A stretch of DNA of 64,000 nt. Source: an uncultured Clostridia bacterium (GTDB lineage Bacteria; Bacillota; Clostridia; Christensenellales; UBA1242). Under the pieces are notes generated by a model. It had not been told where the DNA came from, searched no databases, and saw nothing but the letters and a program-made list of their open reading frames with translations. How positions within the stretch are numbered: position 1 is the stretch's first letter; the number at the start of each line of letters is the position of its first letter. Shown here in pieces: positions 9,015-18,384 of the stretch. A program made the position numbers and the translations under genes. The stretch is from NCBI GenBank assembly GCA_944384465.1, contig CALWTK010000003.1, positions 34,383 through 98,382 of the forward strand, given 5' to 3'.

Positions 9015-9683
9015 TTAAACTAAATTTGATGACGACAAATTGTTCGCTGCTTCAACTTTATTTTTGATTATAGTCTCAATCTTATTGATATAATCTGTTT
9101 GCTCTTCAGCTGACATTTTATTGTTATTCAACCTAAAAAAGTATTTCCTTAATTCATGCTGTCTTACCATATCTACAAAATGAGTATCGGCAAAAAACTC
9201 ACTGTCCAATTCTTGCAACGATGTCCTTCCTGTAACATATCTGCCAAACTGATACCCGGATTTTGTATAAGTTTTTGATATTCGCCCAAGCATGTCGACA
9301 TATGCTATCAGACGACCATTTTTGTCAGTGACAATCATAAAATATCTTTTGCTCCCTGCATCTCTATCTTGCTCGAAATGTGAACCATGTATAGCACCCA
9401 CATAATTTCGATTAAGCAGCATGGTAGAATTTTCTAAATTATAACCATAAAAAATAGGATTATTTGACTCGTTCATAATCATAAGGTTGGAATTTTTTTC
9501 TGTTTGAAAAATTTTAAATACAGGCTGATTTTCTTGATTATAATAAACACATGACCAATAGCATTCGCTATACTTTGCCCCTTTGAGATCTTCAGGGCGA
9601 ACATATTGACCGAAGGAATATGAAAAAATATTATCATCATATTTTCGTTCATATTCACATTGATATTTGTTTATCCTCTTCAT
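9015..9683 (-). CDS. hypothetical protein
   Basis: 222-aa ORF rich in Y/N/F, with a helical, charged C-terminal third. No motif recognised. Confidence 0.55.
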   Translation of the reverse strand: MKRINKYQCEYERKYDDNIFSYSFGQYVRPEDLKGAKYSECYWSCVYYNQENQPVFKIFQTEKNSNLMIMNESNNPIFYGYNLENSTMLLNRNYVGAIHGSHFEQDRDAGSKRYFMIVTDKNGRLIAYVDMLGRISKTYTKSGYQFGRYVTGRTSLQELDSEFFADTHFVDMVRQHELRKYFFRLNNNKMSAEEQTDYINKIETIIKNKVEAANNLSSSNLV

Positions 9684-9780
9684 ATTTCACCCTTTCATCG
9701 ACTATTACATTATATTAAAATTTACGAAAACTGTCAATATAAAAAATTTACACTCGCAATTATAGATTATTAATTGAAGC

Positions 9781-9813
9781 AAGAAAAAAAGAACTATTAT
9801 AGTTCTTTTTCTT
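9781..9813 (-). terminator. hairpin terminator after the 138-aa gene
   Basis: AAGAAAAAAAGAACT-ATTAT-AGTTCTTTTTCTT, beginning 5 nt after the stop codon. Confidence 0.6.
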
Positions 9814-9817
9814 CAAT

Positions 9818-10234
9818 TTATAAATTTGTAGACAATTCGTCAGTAGCAGCGTTTTCATTGATGACACTTTTGTTGTCCGCTTCTTTGCCAGATATAACTA
9901 ACGAGTCTCCTTCCACTTCAACCAAAACATATTTAGTATTAGATGGACCATGATAAGTCTCTTTAAACAATTTTGCCATGTACTGGCCATTCCCTAATTC
10001 AATTATCTCTTCAAAAGGTCCTGTCTTTGACTCGTCCAAACTCATTATATAGTATGGATCGCAACCCCATCTACCATTCTTTTGAACAATAGCGTAACCA
10101 TTACGATAAGGCTTAACTGACTTAAATCTTTCACTTAAATGACCATCCGCATATTTAAATTGATAAGGATAATCTTCAAACTCTTGTTCAATATTATCAA
10201 TAATAACAGGATCTTTCTGTGTGTTTTTTTTCAT
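9818..10234 (-). CDS. hypothetical protein with one WG-repeat-like segment
   Basis: 138-aa ORF. NGYAIVQKNGRWG resembles the WG-containing beta repeat. RBS GGAGGGAAA. Confidence 0.5.
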   Translation of the reverse strand: MKKNTQKDPVIIDNIEQEFEDYPYQFKYADGHLSERFKSVKPYRNGYAIVQKNGRWGCDPYYIMSLDESKTGPFEEIIELGNGQYMAKLFKETYHGPSNTKYVLVEVEGDSLVISGKEADNKSVINENAATDELSTNL

Positions 10235-10293
10235 TTTCCCTCCATTGTTATTTCATATTAGCATACAAAATTAATTTTGTCAATACCTTATTT

Positions 10294-11460
10294 TCATCTT
10301 CTTAATTTACGTAAAAATGGCGGAATATCGTCATCATCAACAATAGGTTTTTTAGTGGCAATAGAGATGTCTTCTACTTTATCTTCTTCAACTTCATCAT
10401 CTTCCTTCGTTTCTTGCTCCTCGGGTTCTTCTTTTTGCGCTTCTACAAAAGGTGTGAAATTTGCACTATTTTCTTTGAACTTTGGCGCATCATCCGGCTC
10501 GGACGCTTTGTTGTAATGCTCAAATCCAGTAGCAATAACTGTGATCTCTGTCTCGCCGCTAGAATCATTGTTGATTTTAGCTCCGAATATGATATTGCAA
10601 TCTTTGTCTGCCACGTCTCTGACTAGGTCAACTGCTTCATACACTTCTGACAAAGTCAAATCTCGCCCGCCAGTGATGTTGATCAATATACCAGTAGCGC
10701 CTTCTATACTAGTCTCTAGCAACTGACTCGTGACCGCTTGTCTCACTGCTTCTATAGTCTTGTTAGCTCCTCTACCTTTACCTATACCCATGTGAGCAAT
10801 ACCTTTACCTTTCATAATCGTGGACACATCGGCAAAATCAAGGTTGATTAGTCCTGGCACTGCTATCAGATCACTGACTCCCTGAATTGCTTGACGCAAA
10901 ACATCATCTGCATACCTAAATGAGTCTACAAATGTGACGTCCTTTTTCAAAATTGTGTAAAGTTTTTCATTAGGAATGATGACTAGAGAATCAACATATT
11001 TTTTCATCTCGTCTATAGCGTTGTCCGCATTCAAGGCACGTTTAGGTGCTTCAAACTTAAATGGTTTTGTGACCACACCAATTGTCAAAATGCCCATGTC
11101 ATGAGCAAGTTTTGCAATATACGGAGCAGCGCCGCTACCTGTACCGCCACCCATACCTGTCGTTATGAAAAGAAGGTTAGTCCCTTGCAATGCTTTGATC
11201 AACTCGTCTTTGCTCTCTTCTGCCGCAGCTCTACCCACTTCTGGATTAGCTCCTGCGCCGAGACCTTTTGTGAGTTCCTTACCTATCTGAATGATCTCAT
11301 CAGCGTTTGACATCATGAGATCCTGCTTGTCAGTGTTTACCGCAATGAAATGCACGCCTGTAATTCCGGCAGCAATCATCCTGTTGACAGCGTTGTTTCC
11401 GCCCCCACCGACTCCTACTACTTTGATGTTACATATTGTACTCGTCATGTCAAAATCCAT
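10294..11460 (-). CDS. ftsZ: cell division GTPase FtsZ
   Basis: GGGTGSG tubulin signature, an acidic linker and the conserved C-terminal peptide DDIPPFLRKLRR. Confidence 0.97.
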   Translation of the reverse strand: MDFDMTSTICNIKVVGVGGGGNNAVNRMIAAGITGVHFIAVNTDKQDLMMSNADEIIQIGKELTKGLGAGANPEVGRAAAEESKDELIKALQGTNLLFITTGMGGGTGSGAAPYIAKLAHDMGILTIGVVTKPFKFEAPKRALNADNAIDEMKKYVDSLVIIPNEKLYTILKKDVTFVDSFRYADDVLRQAIQGVSDLIAVPGLINLDFADVSTIMKGKGIAHMGIGKGRGANKTIEAVRQAVTSQLLETSIEGATGILINITGGRDLTLSEVYEAVDLVRDVADKDCNIIFGAKINNDSSGETEITVIATGFEHYNKASEPDDAPKFKENSANFTPFVEAQKEEPEEQETKEDDEVEEDKVEDISIATKKPIVDDDDIPPFLRKLRR

Positions 11461-11477
11461 AATACCATCTCCTTATC

Positions 11478-12587
11478 CTACACTACAATTTCGGCAAGCG
11501 ATGCCAAGCCCGTTTTCGATGTCTGATATCTATCCTTCGAGTTGTCAAACGGATTAGTATATTCAAATACATTTTTCCCAGTGATGTCTTTCAAAATACT
11601 TTTTACCCCCTTGAAATGCGAGATACCATCACCAGTCAAATATATGTCAATATCTTTAAACACCTTGTCTACATCCAAAATTTCTGCAATGATTTTTGCT
11701 ATCATCTCAATGCGACTCTTCACTATTTGATTCGTAATGTTTATAGGCGCTTTGATTAGACTGCCCTTTGACGCGATCTCATAATATTCATTTTTGTTCG
11801 AATCAATCGTCAAAATCACCTTTCGTTTGATCAATTCCGCTTCCTTAAAACTCATGCCTAAAACTTGCATCAAGTCAGAAGAGATATGTCCGCCTCCCAT
11901 AGAGAAAGAACTCAAAAGTGCCAGTCCTTCCCCCTTGTACACACAGACGCTAGTCGAAATATGACCGACATCTACTATTGCAATTGGCAGATTTTTGTCA
12001 ATGTCCAATTTGCAATTCATCGCTTGCCCCAATGCTGTAGAGATGAAATCTACATTTTTCACCCCAATTGAATTCAATGTCTTGATCATCAATTCAATGA
12101 AGGACTTTTTCGCCAGGATGAAACTCACGTCCATAGTCAATGACGCCGTCCTTTTGCCAATTGGAGACATTGTCTTCATGTCATCGTCTAGCACGAACTG
12201 CATAGGACTATAATTAATAACTTCATATTCTTCGCTATCTCCAAAGGAAGAATTATTATTATACAGCTCTACCAAATCATTATTCGTAATTTTATGTAAA
12301 TCTACAAATTTCCTAGAGATCCTTTTGCAAACACATATACAAAATTCGCTAGGAACACCAACAATGATTGAACTGATTGGTTTTCTCAATTTTGTCGATA
12401 AATTATCTACCAGTTGAGACAAATTTTCAGGCAATACGTCTGGTGATAAAAATTCACCATCCATATATCCATCATACAGCACATCTTCTTCTGCCACGAT
12501 GTGTGCTCTGCCCATAATTTTTGTCTCGGCTAGCAGTCTAAGGCAAGAAGAACCAATATCTAAGATATATTTAATTTTATTCAGCAT
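11478..12587 (-). CDS. ftsA: cell division protein FtsA (short form)
   Basis: Actin/HSP70 fold motifs (DIGSS..., VDVGHISTSV, GGGHIS, LTGDG), directly upstream of ftsZ. I start it at ATG 12587 (MLNKIKY), which has GAGGGG 5 nt upstream. The track's 12626 start overlaps the promoter -10 box. Confidence 0.88.
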   Translation of the reverse strand: MLNKIKYILDIGSSCLRLLAETKIMGRAHIVAEEDVLYDGYMDGEFLSPDVLPENLSQLVDNLSTKLRKPISSIIVGVPSEFCICVCKRISRKFVDLHKITNNDLVELYNNNSSFGDSEEYEVINYSPMQFVLDDDMKTMSPIGKRTASLTMDVSFILAKKSFIELMIKTLNSIGVKNVDFISTALGQAMNCKLDIDKNLPIAIVDVGHISTSVCVYKGEGLALLSSFSMGGGHISSDLMQVLGMSFKEAELIKRKVILTIDSNKNEYYEIASKGSLIKAPINITNQIVKSRIEMIAKIIAEILDVDKVFKDIDIYLTGDGISHFKGVKSILKDITGKNVFEYTNPFDNSKDRYQTSKTGLASLAEIVV

Positions 12588-12617
12588 AAGCCCCTCAAAT
12601 ATCTTAAAATCTAAATT

Positions 12618-12646
12618 ATTATACAAAATGCGCTTCCAAGAGTCAA
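12618..12646 (-). promoter_or_regulatory. consensus sigma-A promoter upstream of ftsA-ftsZ
   Basis: Minus strand: TTGACT (12646->12641), a 17-nt spacer, then TATAAT (12623->12618). Confidence 0.65.
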
Positions 12647-12801
12647 ATATTTTAATATATAAATATTAAAATTTATTAATAAAAAGTCAAAAAATTTTAT
12701 AATACCACAATATATGGTGGTGTTGAATTTATATATACCCCTTATTATCTTGAAATGAATACAAAAAAAGAAAAACTTAAGTTATATTTTAAGCTTTTCT
12801 A

Positions 12802-13650
12802 TTATGGAACATATTTTATATCTGTGTTTCCTTCCTTATCAAAACCATAAATTATAGTCCCTGTCTCTCTACCTTGGCTAATAAGAGCATCAATGGTGCT
12901 GAAGCATACGTTGACTTTATAATCCAAATCATTTTGTGGCATACCAATATCTAAAGTAAAGCCATAGCTTGTACTGATTATCACCCTATCGTACCTGCCG
13001 TCCTGAATTGTATAATCGTAGCCAAATTGAATTGAGTTGACAATATTTTTTATATCATCTCTGTCGACATATTCCTTTCCTTCAGGCACATCTACCATTA
13101 CCGTTCTACACATTGATAAATATAAATCATTTGTAATGTTTTGCAAATTCTCACTACCTAAAAAATCGCACACGTTTGTATTGCTGGTCACTCCTAAGAT
13201 ATTCGTGTTGGTATCATCGTCTAGTATATTCGGATAGATATAAGATAGATCTGCTGGAGCAGTGTCGACAATGTTTAAAACTTTCAATTCTTCGTCTACG
13301 ATATAATATCTTCCATTGAAATCAGTGTAGTACATCGCAACGCGCTCTCTCACTGTAATTTCCACTCTAATCGCACTGACTAAATTGACTTGAATGACTT
13401 TTAAGTAAGGGAATGACGTCTCTATATTTTGCACGACTCCGTCTCTATCTAGTGAGAATATTGAACTGCCATTTTTTATCCCCGCACTTTGCAAGATGTT
13501 ATCGTCCGTTATATTCAATGTGTTTTCCGTGCGTTCGCCCGAGAATGTGACGTCCTGGCGTCTCACGCAAAAAACAGCACAAAACAAAATCAAAATTAGT
13601 GCCACAACAAAAACTATGATTGAGATGATAATTATTCTTTTTTTCGTCAT
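12802..13650 (-). CDS. ftsQ: cell division protein FtsQ/DivIB (POTRA domain)
   Basis: N-terminal TM helix followed by a POTRA-like segment (ILQSAGIKNGSSIFSLD...VQNIETSFPYLKVIQV). Located at the dcw position before ftsA. Confidence 0.78.
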   Translation of the reverse strand: MTKKRIIIISIIVFVVALILILFCAVFCVRRQDVTFSGERTENTLNITDDNILQSAGIKNGSSIFSLDRDGVVQNIETSFPYLKVIQVNLVSAIRVEITVRERVAMYYTDFNGRYYIVDEELKVLNIVDTAPADLSYIYPNILDDDTNTNILGVTSNTNVCDFLGSENLQNITNDLYLSMCRTVMVDVPEGKEYVDRDDIKNIVNSIQFGYDYTIQDGRYDRVIISTSYGFTLDIGMPQNDLDYKVNVCFSTIDALISQGRETGTIIYGFDKEGNTDIKYVP

Positions 13651-13665
13651 GTTTTCGTCTTACAA

Positions 13666-14928
13666 TTATGTTCGTTTTATATCCGCACCTAGCGAGTTCA
13701 AAACGTCTTCAAAATGGTCGTACCCCCTGTCAATGTAACGGATACCTTCGACAACTGTCTCACCTTTTGCCACTAATCCTGCCAAAACTAGACTAGCCCC
13801 GCCACGCAGGTCTTTCGCTTGAACTGTACAACCTCTCAACTCATTCTGCCCGTAAACTAACACATTGCGGTTGTCGATTTGATGAATTTGGGCACCCATT
13901 TTTATCAACTCGTCTTTAATGAGAAATCTATTTTCAAAAATATTTTCTTGCAACCTAGATTCTCCATTCGCTAGACACATCAACACCAAAAGCATAGATT
14001 GCAAATCAGTCGGAAATTCAGGATAATACCCCGTTACGACATCAATTGAATTCAATCTGCCACTTTTAGTTACTTTTATTATATCATGTTTGATATTTAT
14101 TTGACAACCCATTCGACGCAAAATATCAATTAATTTTTCATTTTGATTTGCGTTGGCGTTTCTCAGAGTCAATTCCCCACCCGTCAGTGCAACAGCTGTC
14201 ATCAGTGTTCCCGCCACTATCCTGTCTCCGATCGGTCTATATTCCACCCCATGTAAACTATCTACACCATATATAGTGATTTTATTCGTGCCAGCTCCTA
14301 ATATTTTCGCTCCCATTAATGACAGGAAATTACACAAGTCAACCACCTCTGGCTCCTTTGCTGCATTGACAATCTCTGTCTTGCCTTTCAGTAGACAGGC
14401 GAACTGGACGATGTTTTCTGTAGCTCCCACGCTAGGTAATTTTAAGTGTATTTTATTAGCTTTTGCTCTTGATGCATCAAAAAACAAGCAGTCGCCTAGG
14501 CATGAAACTTTTACACCCAATTTTTTGAAAGCATCAATATGAATATCAATCGGCCTAGCACCTATCTTGCATCCACCCGGGGTGTTGATCATGATTGTGC
14601 CAAATCTTTGTAAGAGGGACCCCAGCAAAAATATTGAAGAACGCATAGTCTTTGTCAATTCACAATCAAGATTGACATTATTTAACCCCGAACTGTCTAT
14701 TATTAAATCCTTGCCGTCATGGTCAATTTTGACGCCCAATTTTTGCAGCATCAGTACCATATTTTTGACATCCAAAATGTCTGGACAATCTTTTATTTTG
14801 ACTTTCTCCGTTGTGAGCAAACTGGAAGAAATTATTGGAAGACATGCATTCTTTGACGTCTGTACATATGCTTCACCAAATAATTTTTTACCACCTTTAA
14901 TAATAAAACTATCATTTTTTTCTTTCAT
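13666..14928 (-). CDS. murA: UDP-N-acetylglucosamine 1-carboxyvinyltransferase
   Basis: 420-aa EPSP-synthase-fold protein. The active-site loop PGGCKIGARPID carries the catalytic Cys. Confidence 0.95.
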   Translation of the reverse strand: MKEKNDSFIIKGGKKLFGEAYVQTSKNACLPIISSSLLTTEKVKIKDCPDILDVKNMVLMLQKLGVKIDHDGKDLIIDSSGLNNVNLDCELTKTMRSSIFLLGSLLQRFGTIMINTPGGCKIGARPIDIHIDAFKKLGVKVSCLGDCLFFDASRAKANKIHLKLPSVGATENIVQFACLLKGKTEIVNAAKEPEVVDLCNFLSLMGAKILGAGTNKITIYGVDSLHGVEYRPIGDRIVAGTLMTAVALTGGELTLRNANANQNEKLIDILRRMGCQINIKHDIIKVTKSGRLNSIDVVTGYYPEFPTDLQSMLLVLMCLANGESRLQENIFENRFLIKDELIKMGAQIHQIDNRNVLVYGQNELRGCTVQAKDLRGGASLVLAGLVAKGETVVEGIRYIDRGYDHFEDVLNSLGADIKRT

Positions 14929-14942
14929 ATATTTATGTATGA

Positions 14943-16061
14943 TTATAAATTGAAAGATGCTAGTTTTTCTTTCCTTGTCTGCTTGTCAACATTGATAACC
15001 ACGCCAATCGCTGACATAAATACAAATAATGATGTCGACCCCGCGCTGATAAATGGAAGCGGTAGTCCTGTTGGCGGAATCGAACCAGTGACTACCGCTA
15101 TGTTTAACAATACTTGAATGCTGATAATTGCTCCTATCCCGAAACATAAAAATGCTGAAAATTTATTATTGGCACGCATGCCCACTTTGAATGTATAAAT
15201 GATTAATATCAAGAACACAAGACACACCATGACGCAGCCTATGAAGCCCAATTCCTCTGCTATTATAGAGAAGATAAAGTCAGATTCGCTGAAGGGCAAA
15301 AACAGTTCAGCTTGCCTACTATTGAACAGCCCCACTCCCCACAGTCCACCACTGCCTATAGCATACAAAGACTGAATCAATTGATACCCTTCATCAAGTG
15401 GATTGCTCCACGGATTGATGAAAGCCACAATTCGACTCAATCTATAAGGTTCAACTAAAATTAATACCACAACTAACGCTATGGCAGGGACGATCATAGC
15501 CCCAAAAACTTTTAGACGCATACCACCTATGAACAACATGAATATCAAAGTGAACGCTACGCACATTGTGATAGACATATTGGGTTCTAGCATTATCAAC
15601 ACGCAATATATTCCACCCAAACTCAAAGTGATCAAGATGTGTTTTATTTTCGAGAGTTTATCTCCATCTGAAAGATATCCTGCCAAGAAAAACACTAGAC
15701 AAAATTTCGCTATTTCACTAGGTTGAATTGTAAAACTACCTATTCCAATCCATCTAGTTGCTCCATAACTGGTCCTACTAAGCCCCGGGATAAACACTAA
15801 AATCAAAAAGATTAATCCAACAAAATAAAATATCCAATAAAATTTTTTATAGAATTTATTGTTGATAAAACTGCATACAATCAGCCCTATCGCACCCAAC
15901 ACCACACCTATAATCTGCTTTTTTAAATAGAAAAATTGGTCACCATAATTGACAACCGCCGAATATTTGCTGGCACTATACACCATAATACAGCCAAAAA
16001 TTGCGAGAGCAAGCGTACATACGATGATGATTATACTATTCTTTCTTTGTCTTAACTTCAT
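14943..16061 (-). CDS. ftsW: SEDS-family peptidoglycan polymerase FtsW/SpoVE
   Basis: 372 aa, about 10 TM segments. SEDS conserved C-terminal motifs (LPFISAGSTS). Located at the dcw position after murD. Confidence 0.9.
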   Translation of the reverse strand: MKLRQRKNSIIIIVCTLALAIFGCIMVYSASKYSAVVNYGDQFFYLKKQIIGVVLGAIGLIVCSFINNKFYKKFYWIFYFVGLIFLILVFIPGLSRTSYGATRWIGIGSFTIQPSEIAKFCLVFFLAGYLSDGDKLSKIKHILITLSLGGIYCVLIMLEPNMSITMCVAFTLIFMLFIGGMRLKVFGAMIVPAIALVVVLILVEPYRLSRIVAFINPWSNPLDEGYQLIQSLYAIGSGGLWGVGLFNSRQAELFLPFSESDFIFSIIAEELGFIGCVMVCLVFLILIIYTFKVGMRANNKFSAFLCFGIGAIISIQVLLNIAVVTGSIPPTGLPLPFISAGSTSLFVFMSAIGVVINVDKQTRKEKLASFNL

Positions 16062-17346
16062 ATTCTTTCACCAACTTATCAAAATCTCTACCGCGTTCTA
16101 TATAATTTTTGTATTGGTCATAACTCGCTGTAGCCGGCGAAAGTAAAATCGTGTCGTGCGGTTTGGCAATACTCACAGCAAAATCAAAAGCAGCCGACAT
16201 TGTGTGGAATTTTTCTATATTGAACCTATTAGAATTTGCCGTCACGAAATCATCTGCCGTCTCACCAAACACCACGACCTGGCGCACTTTTTTATTTAAT
16301 TTATCAAAAAGTTTAGTATAATCTAGCCCCTTTTTAGAACCCCCAAGCAAAAGGATGACCGCTCCTTTCACTGTCTCCACACTTGCCAAAGTGGAAGATG
16401 TGTTTGTAGATTTGCTATCATTCACAAAATTTATTTCGTCAATTTTGCCGATAAACTCAATGCGGTATCTCTCACCTTTAAAATTGATCAGCGCTTCCCT
16501 AATCAACCTTGGTGGGATTCTATATATGTAAGCATAACAAATGGCACACATGGCATTGTAGATATTGTGTTTACCTTTCAATTTCAATTCGTTGATCGCG
16601 ACTATTTTATTTTGGTGTAAATATATACAGCCATCCTTTATGTATACGTCTGCTATATGTTTGTATGAGTATGTGACAGCCAAGCAGTTTAAAGTAGGAT
16701 GAATATTCAAATCCAAATTCACCACAGCATAGTCATGCGGTTTTAAATTTTTGAAGATGCTTAGTTTCAAGTTTTGATATTCATCCATCGTCTTGTGCCT
16801 AATCAAGTGATCAGGTTCTATGTTCAAGACAGTGGCGACATGCGGTGAAAAACTTTCAGCATTTTCTAGCATGAAACTGCTGACTTCCGCTACTTTGATA
16901 TATCGCTTCTTCTCTAATACCGCTCTTGACATTGGATATCCAATATTACCACACGCTACCGCTTTGTATTTTTTATTCAGAATTGCAGTGATCATCTCCA
17001 CAGTGGTGGTCTTTCCGTTCGTTCCTGTCACTGCAACAATATTTTTTGAAAACATGGAAGCGAACTCAATTTCGCTATATATTTTTTTGTTCAATTTTTT
17101 TGCTATAACTAAGTATTTATTTTCCTTTTCTATCGAAGGAGAAACTATTAAAAAATCAAATTGACTGATCAAATTTTCATTCAATTCCTGTATTAAAAAA
17201 CAATTTTTGAATGATTTTGCCTTCAACTTGTCCCAGTTGTCGTCATATAAAAACACATTAGCCTTTAATTTCAACAGCAATTTAGTCGCCCATTCACCTG
17301 ACAGAGACATCCCATATACTAGAACATTTTTATTTTTTAAATTCAT
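16036..17346 (-). CDS. murD: UDP-N-acetylmuramoylalanine--D-glutamate ligase
   Basis: N-terminal Rossmann segment (VLVYGMSLSG), P-loop GTNGKTT and Mur ligase C-domain. Located between mraY and ftsW. Confidence 0.93.
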   Translation of the reverse strand: MNLKNKNVLVYGMSLSGEWATKLLLKLKANVFLYDDNWDKLKAKSFKNCFLIQELNENLISQFDFLIVSPSIEKENKYLVIAKKLNKKIYSEIEFASMFSKNIVAVTGTNGKTTTVEMITAILNKKYKAVACGNIGYPMSRAVLEKKRYIKVAEVSSFMLENAESFSPHVATVLNIEPDHLIRHKTMDEYQNLKLSIFKNLKPHDYAVVNLDLNIHPTLNCLAVTYSYKHIADVYIKDGCIYLHQNKIVAINELKLKGKHNIYNAMCAICYAYIYRIPPRLIREALINFKGERYRIEFIGKIDEINFVNDSKSTNTSSTLASVETVKGAVILLLGGSKKGLDYTKLFDKLNKKVRQVVVFGETADDFVTANSNRFNIEKFHTMSAAFDFAVSIAKPHDTILLSPATASYDQYKNYIERGRDFDKLVKEYEVKTKKE

Positions 17347-17388
17347 ATTCCACCTTTATAATAATTGTATTTTTTTTAATGCAATATA

Positions 17389-18384
17389 TTACAAAAGGTA
17401 AAAAATAATACATATTACGCCAATACATATAATGACTGCTGAATATATTGCCACTATCTTTGGTTCTGACAGTCCGGACATCTGCAAATGATGATGAAAT
17501 GGTGCCATCTTAAATATTCGTCGCTTTTTTAGTTTGAATACGGCGACTTGCAAAATGACAGAGATTGCACTGAACACAAAACAAAAACCTATTATAGGTA
17601 ATATGAGTTCCATACCCAACACGCATGCGGATGCACCAATATATCCACCTAGACATAGCGACCCCACGTCTCCCATGAATATGGACGCTTTTGAGGTATT
17701 GAACATCAAAAATCCTAGTATAGCACCAGCAAACAGCATGGATAATACGTTTATGTTTTGAATGTTCGTAAGTATTTGCCCTGTCTCACCTGATGAATAC
17801 AAATTGCTTAACACTAAGGAAGTGATTATAGTAAACATCACCAAATATATCAAACTAACTTTTCCAGCTAGTCCATCCAAGCCATCGGTCAAATTGACGC
17901 TGTTTGATGACGCAATCAGTACGACTATCACTAGCGGTATAATCCAAAATTTTATATCAAAACTGCTTTCAGTAAAAGGAATAAATAGGTTCCCACCTTG
18001 ATATGAAAAATATATGAACAAAGCGAATATAATCGAGATGCCCAGCTGTCCAATAATCTTTTGATACGGACGCAAGCCTAAATTTTGCTTGTATTTCACC
18101 TTTAGATAGTCATCCATCAAGCCAAGCACACCAAAAAACACACTTATCATCAATGTCATGAACCAAGTATTGTCATATCTTAAAAAAACAAACGCTATAG
18201 TCAGTGTAGTAACAATAAATACTACACCACCCATGGTGGTCGTCCCGTTTTTTTCTTTGTGATTTTCTACATAGCCCAATATAGTCTGATTAGCACTTTT
18301 TTTCTTGAAAAATTTGATAATGAACGGCATCAATATCACTGACAAAGCAAAACTTAGCAAAAATGCTATCAACAATTTAATCAT
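17389..18384 (-). CDS. mraY: phospho-N-acetylmuramoyl-pentapeptide transferase
   Basis: 331 aa polytopic protein with the NLTDGLDGLA and MGDVGSL motifs and HHH near the C-terminus. Confidence 0.95.
   Translation of the reverse strand: MIKLLIAFLLSFALSVILMPFIIKFFKKKSANQTILGYVENHKEKNGTTTMGGVVFIVTTLTIAFVFLRYDNTWFMTLMISVFFGVLGLMDDYLKVKYKQNLGLRPYQKIIGQLGISIIFALFIYFSYQGGNLFIPFTESSFDIKFWIIPLVIVVLIASSNSVNLTDGLDGLAGKVSLIYLVMFTIITSLVLSNLYSSGETGQILTNIQNINVLSMLFAGAILGFLMFNTSKASIFMGDVGSLCLGGYIGASACVLGMELILPIIGFCFVFSAISVILQVAVFKLKKRRIFKMAPFHHHLQMSGLSEPKIVAIYSAVIICIGVICIIFYLL

Noticed and set aside
12588-12626. Longer N-terminal extension of ftsA, and analogous extensions at 8048-8110, 19838-19864, 22706-22729, 31778-31792, 34085-34099, 44138-44167, 50256-50282, 57206-57265 and 4329-4403.
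   Set aside because: The downstream ATG has a proper Shine-Dalgarno sequence and matches the family's usual N-terminus. The extended starts are often TTG or GTG, lack an RBS, or overlap a promoter or the upstream gene.
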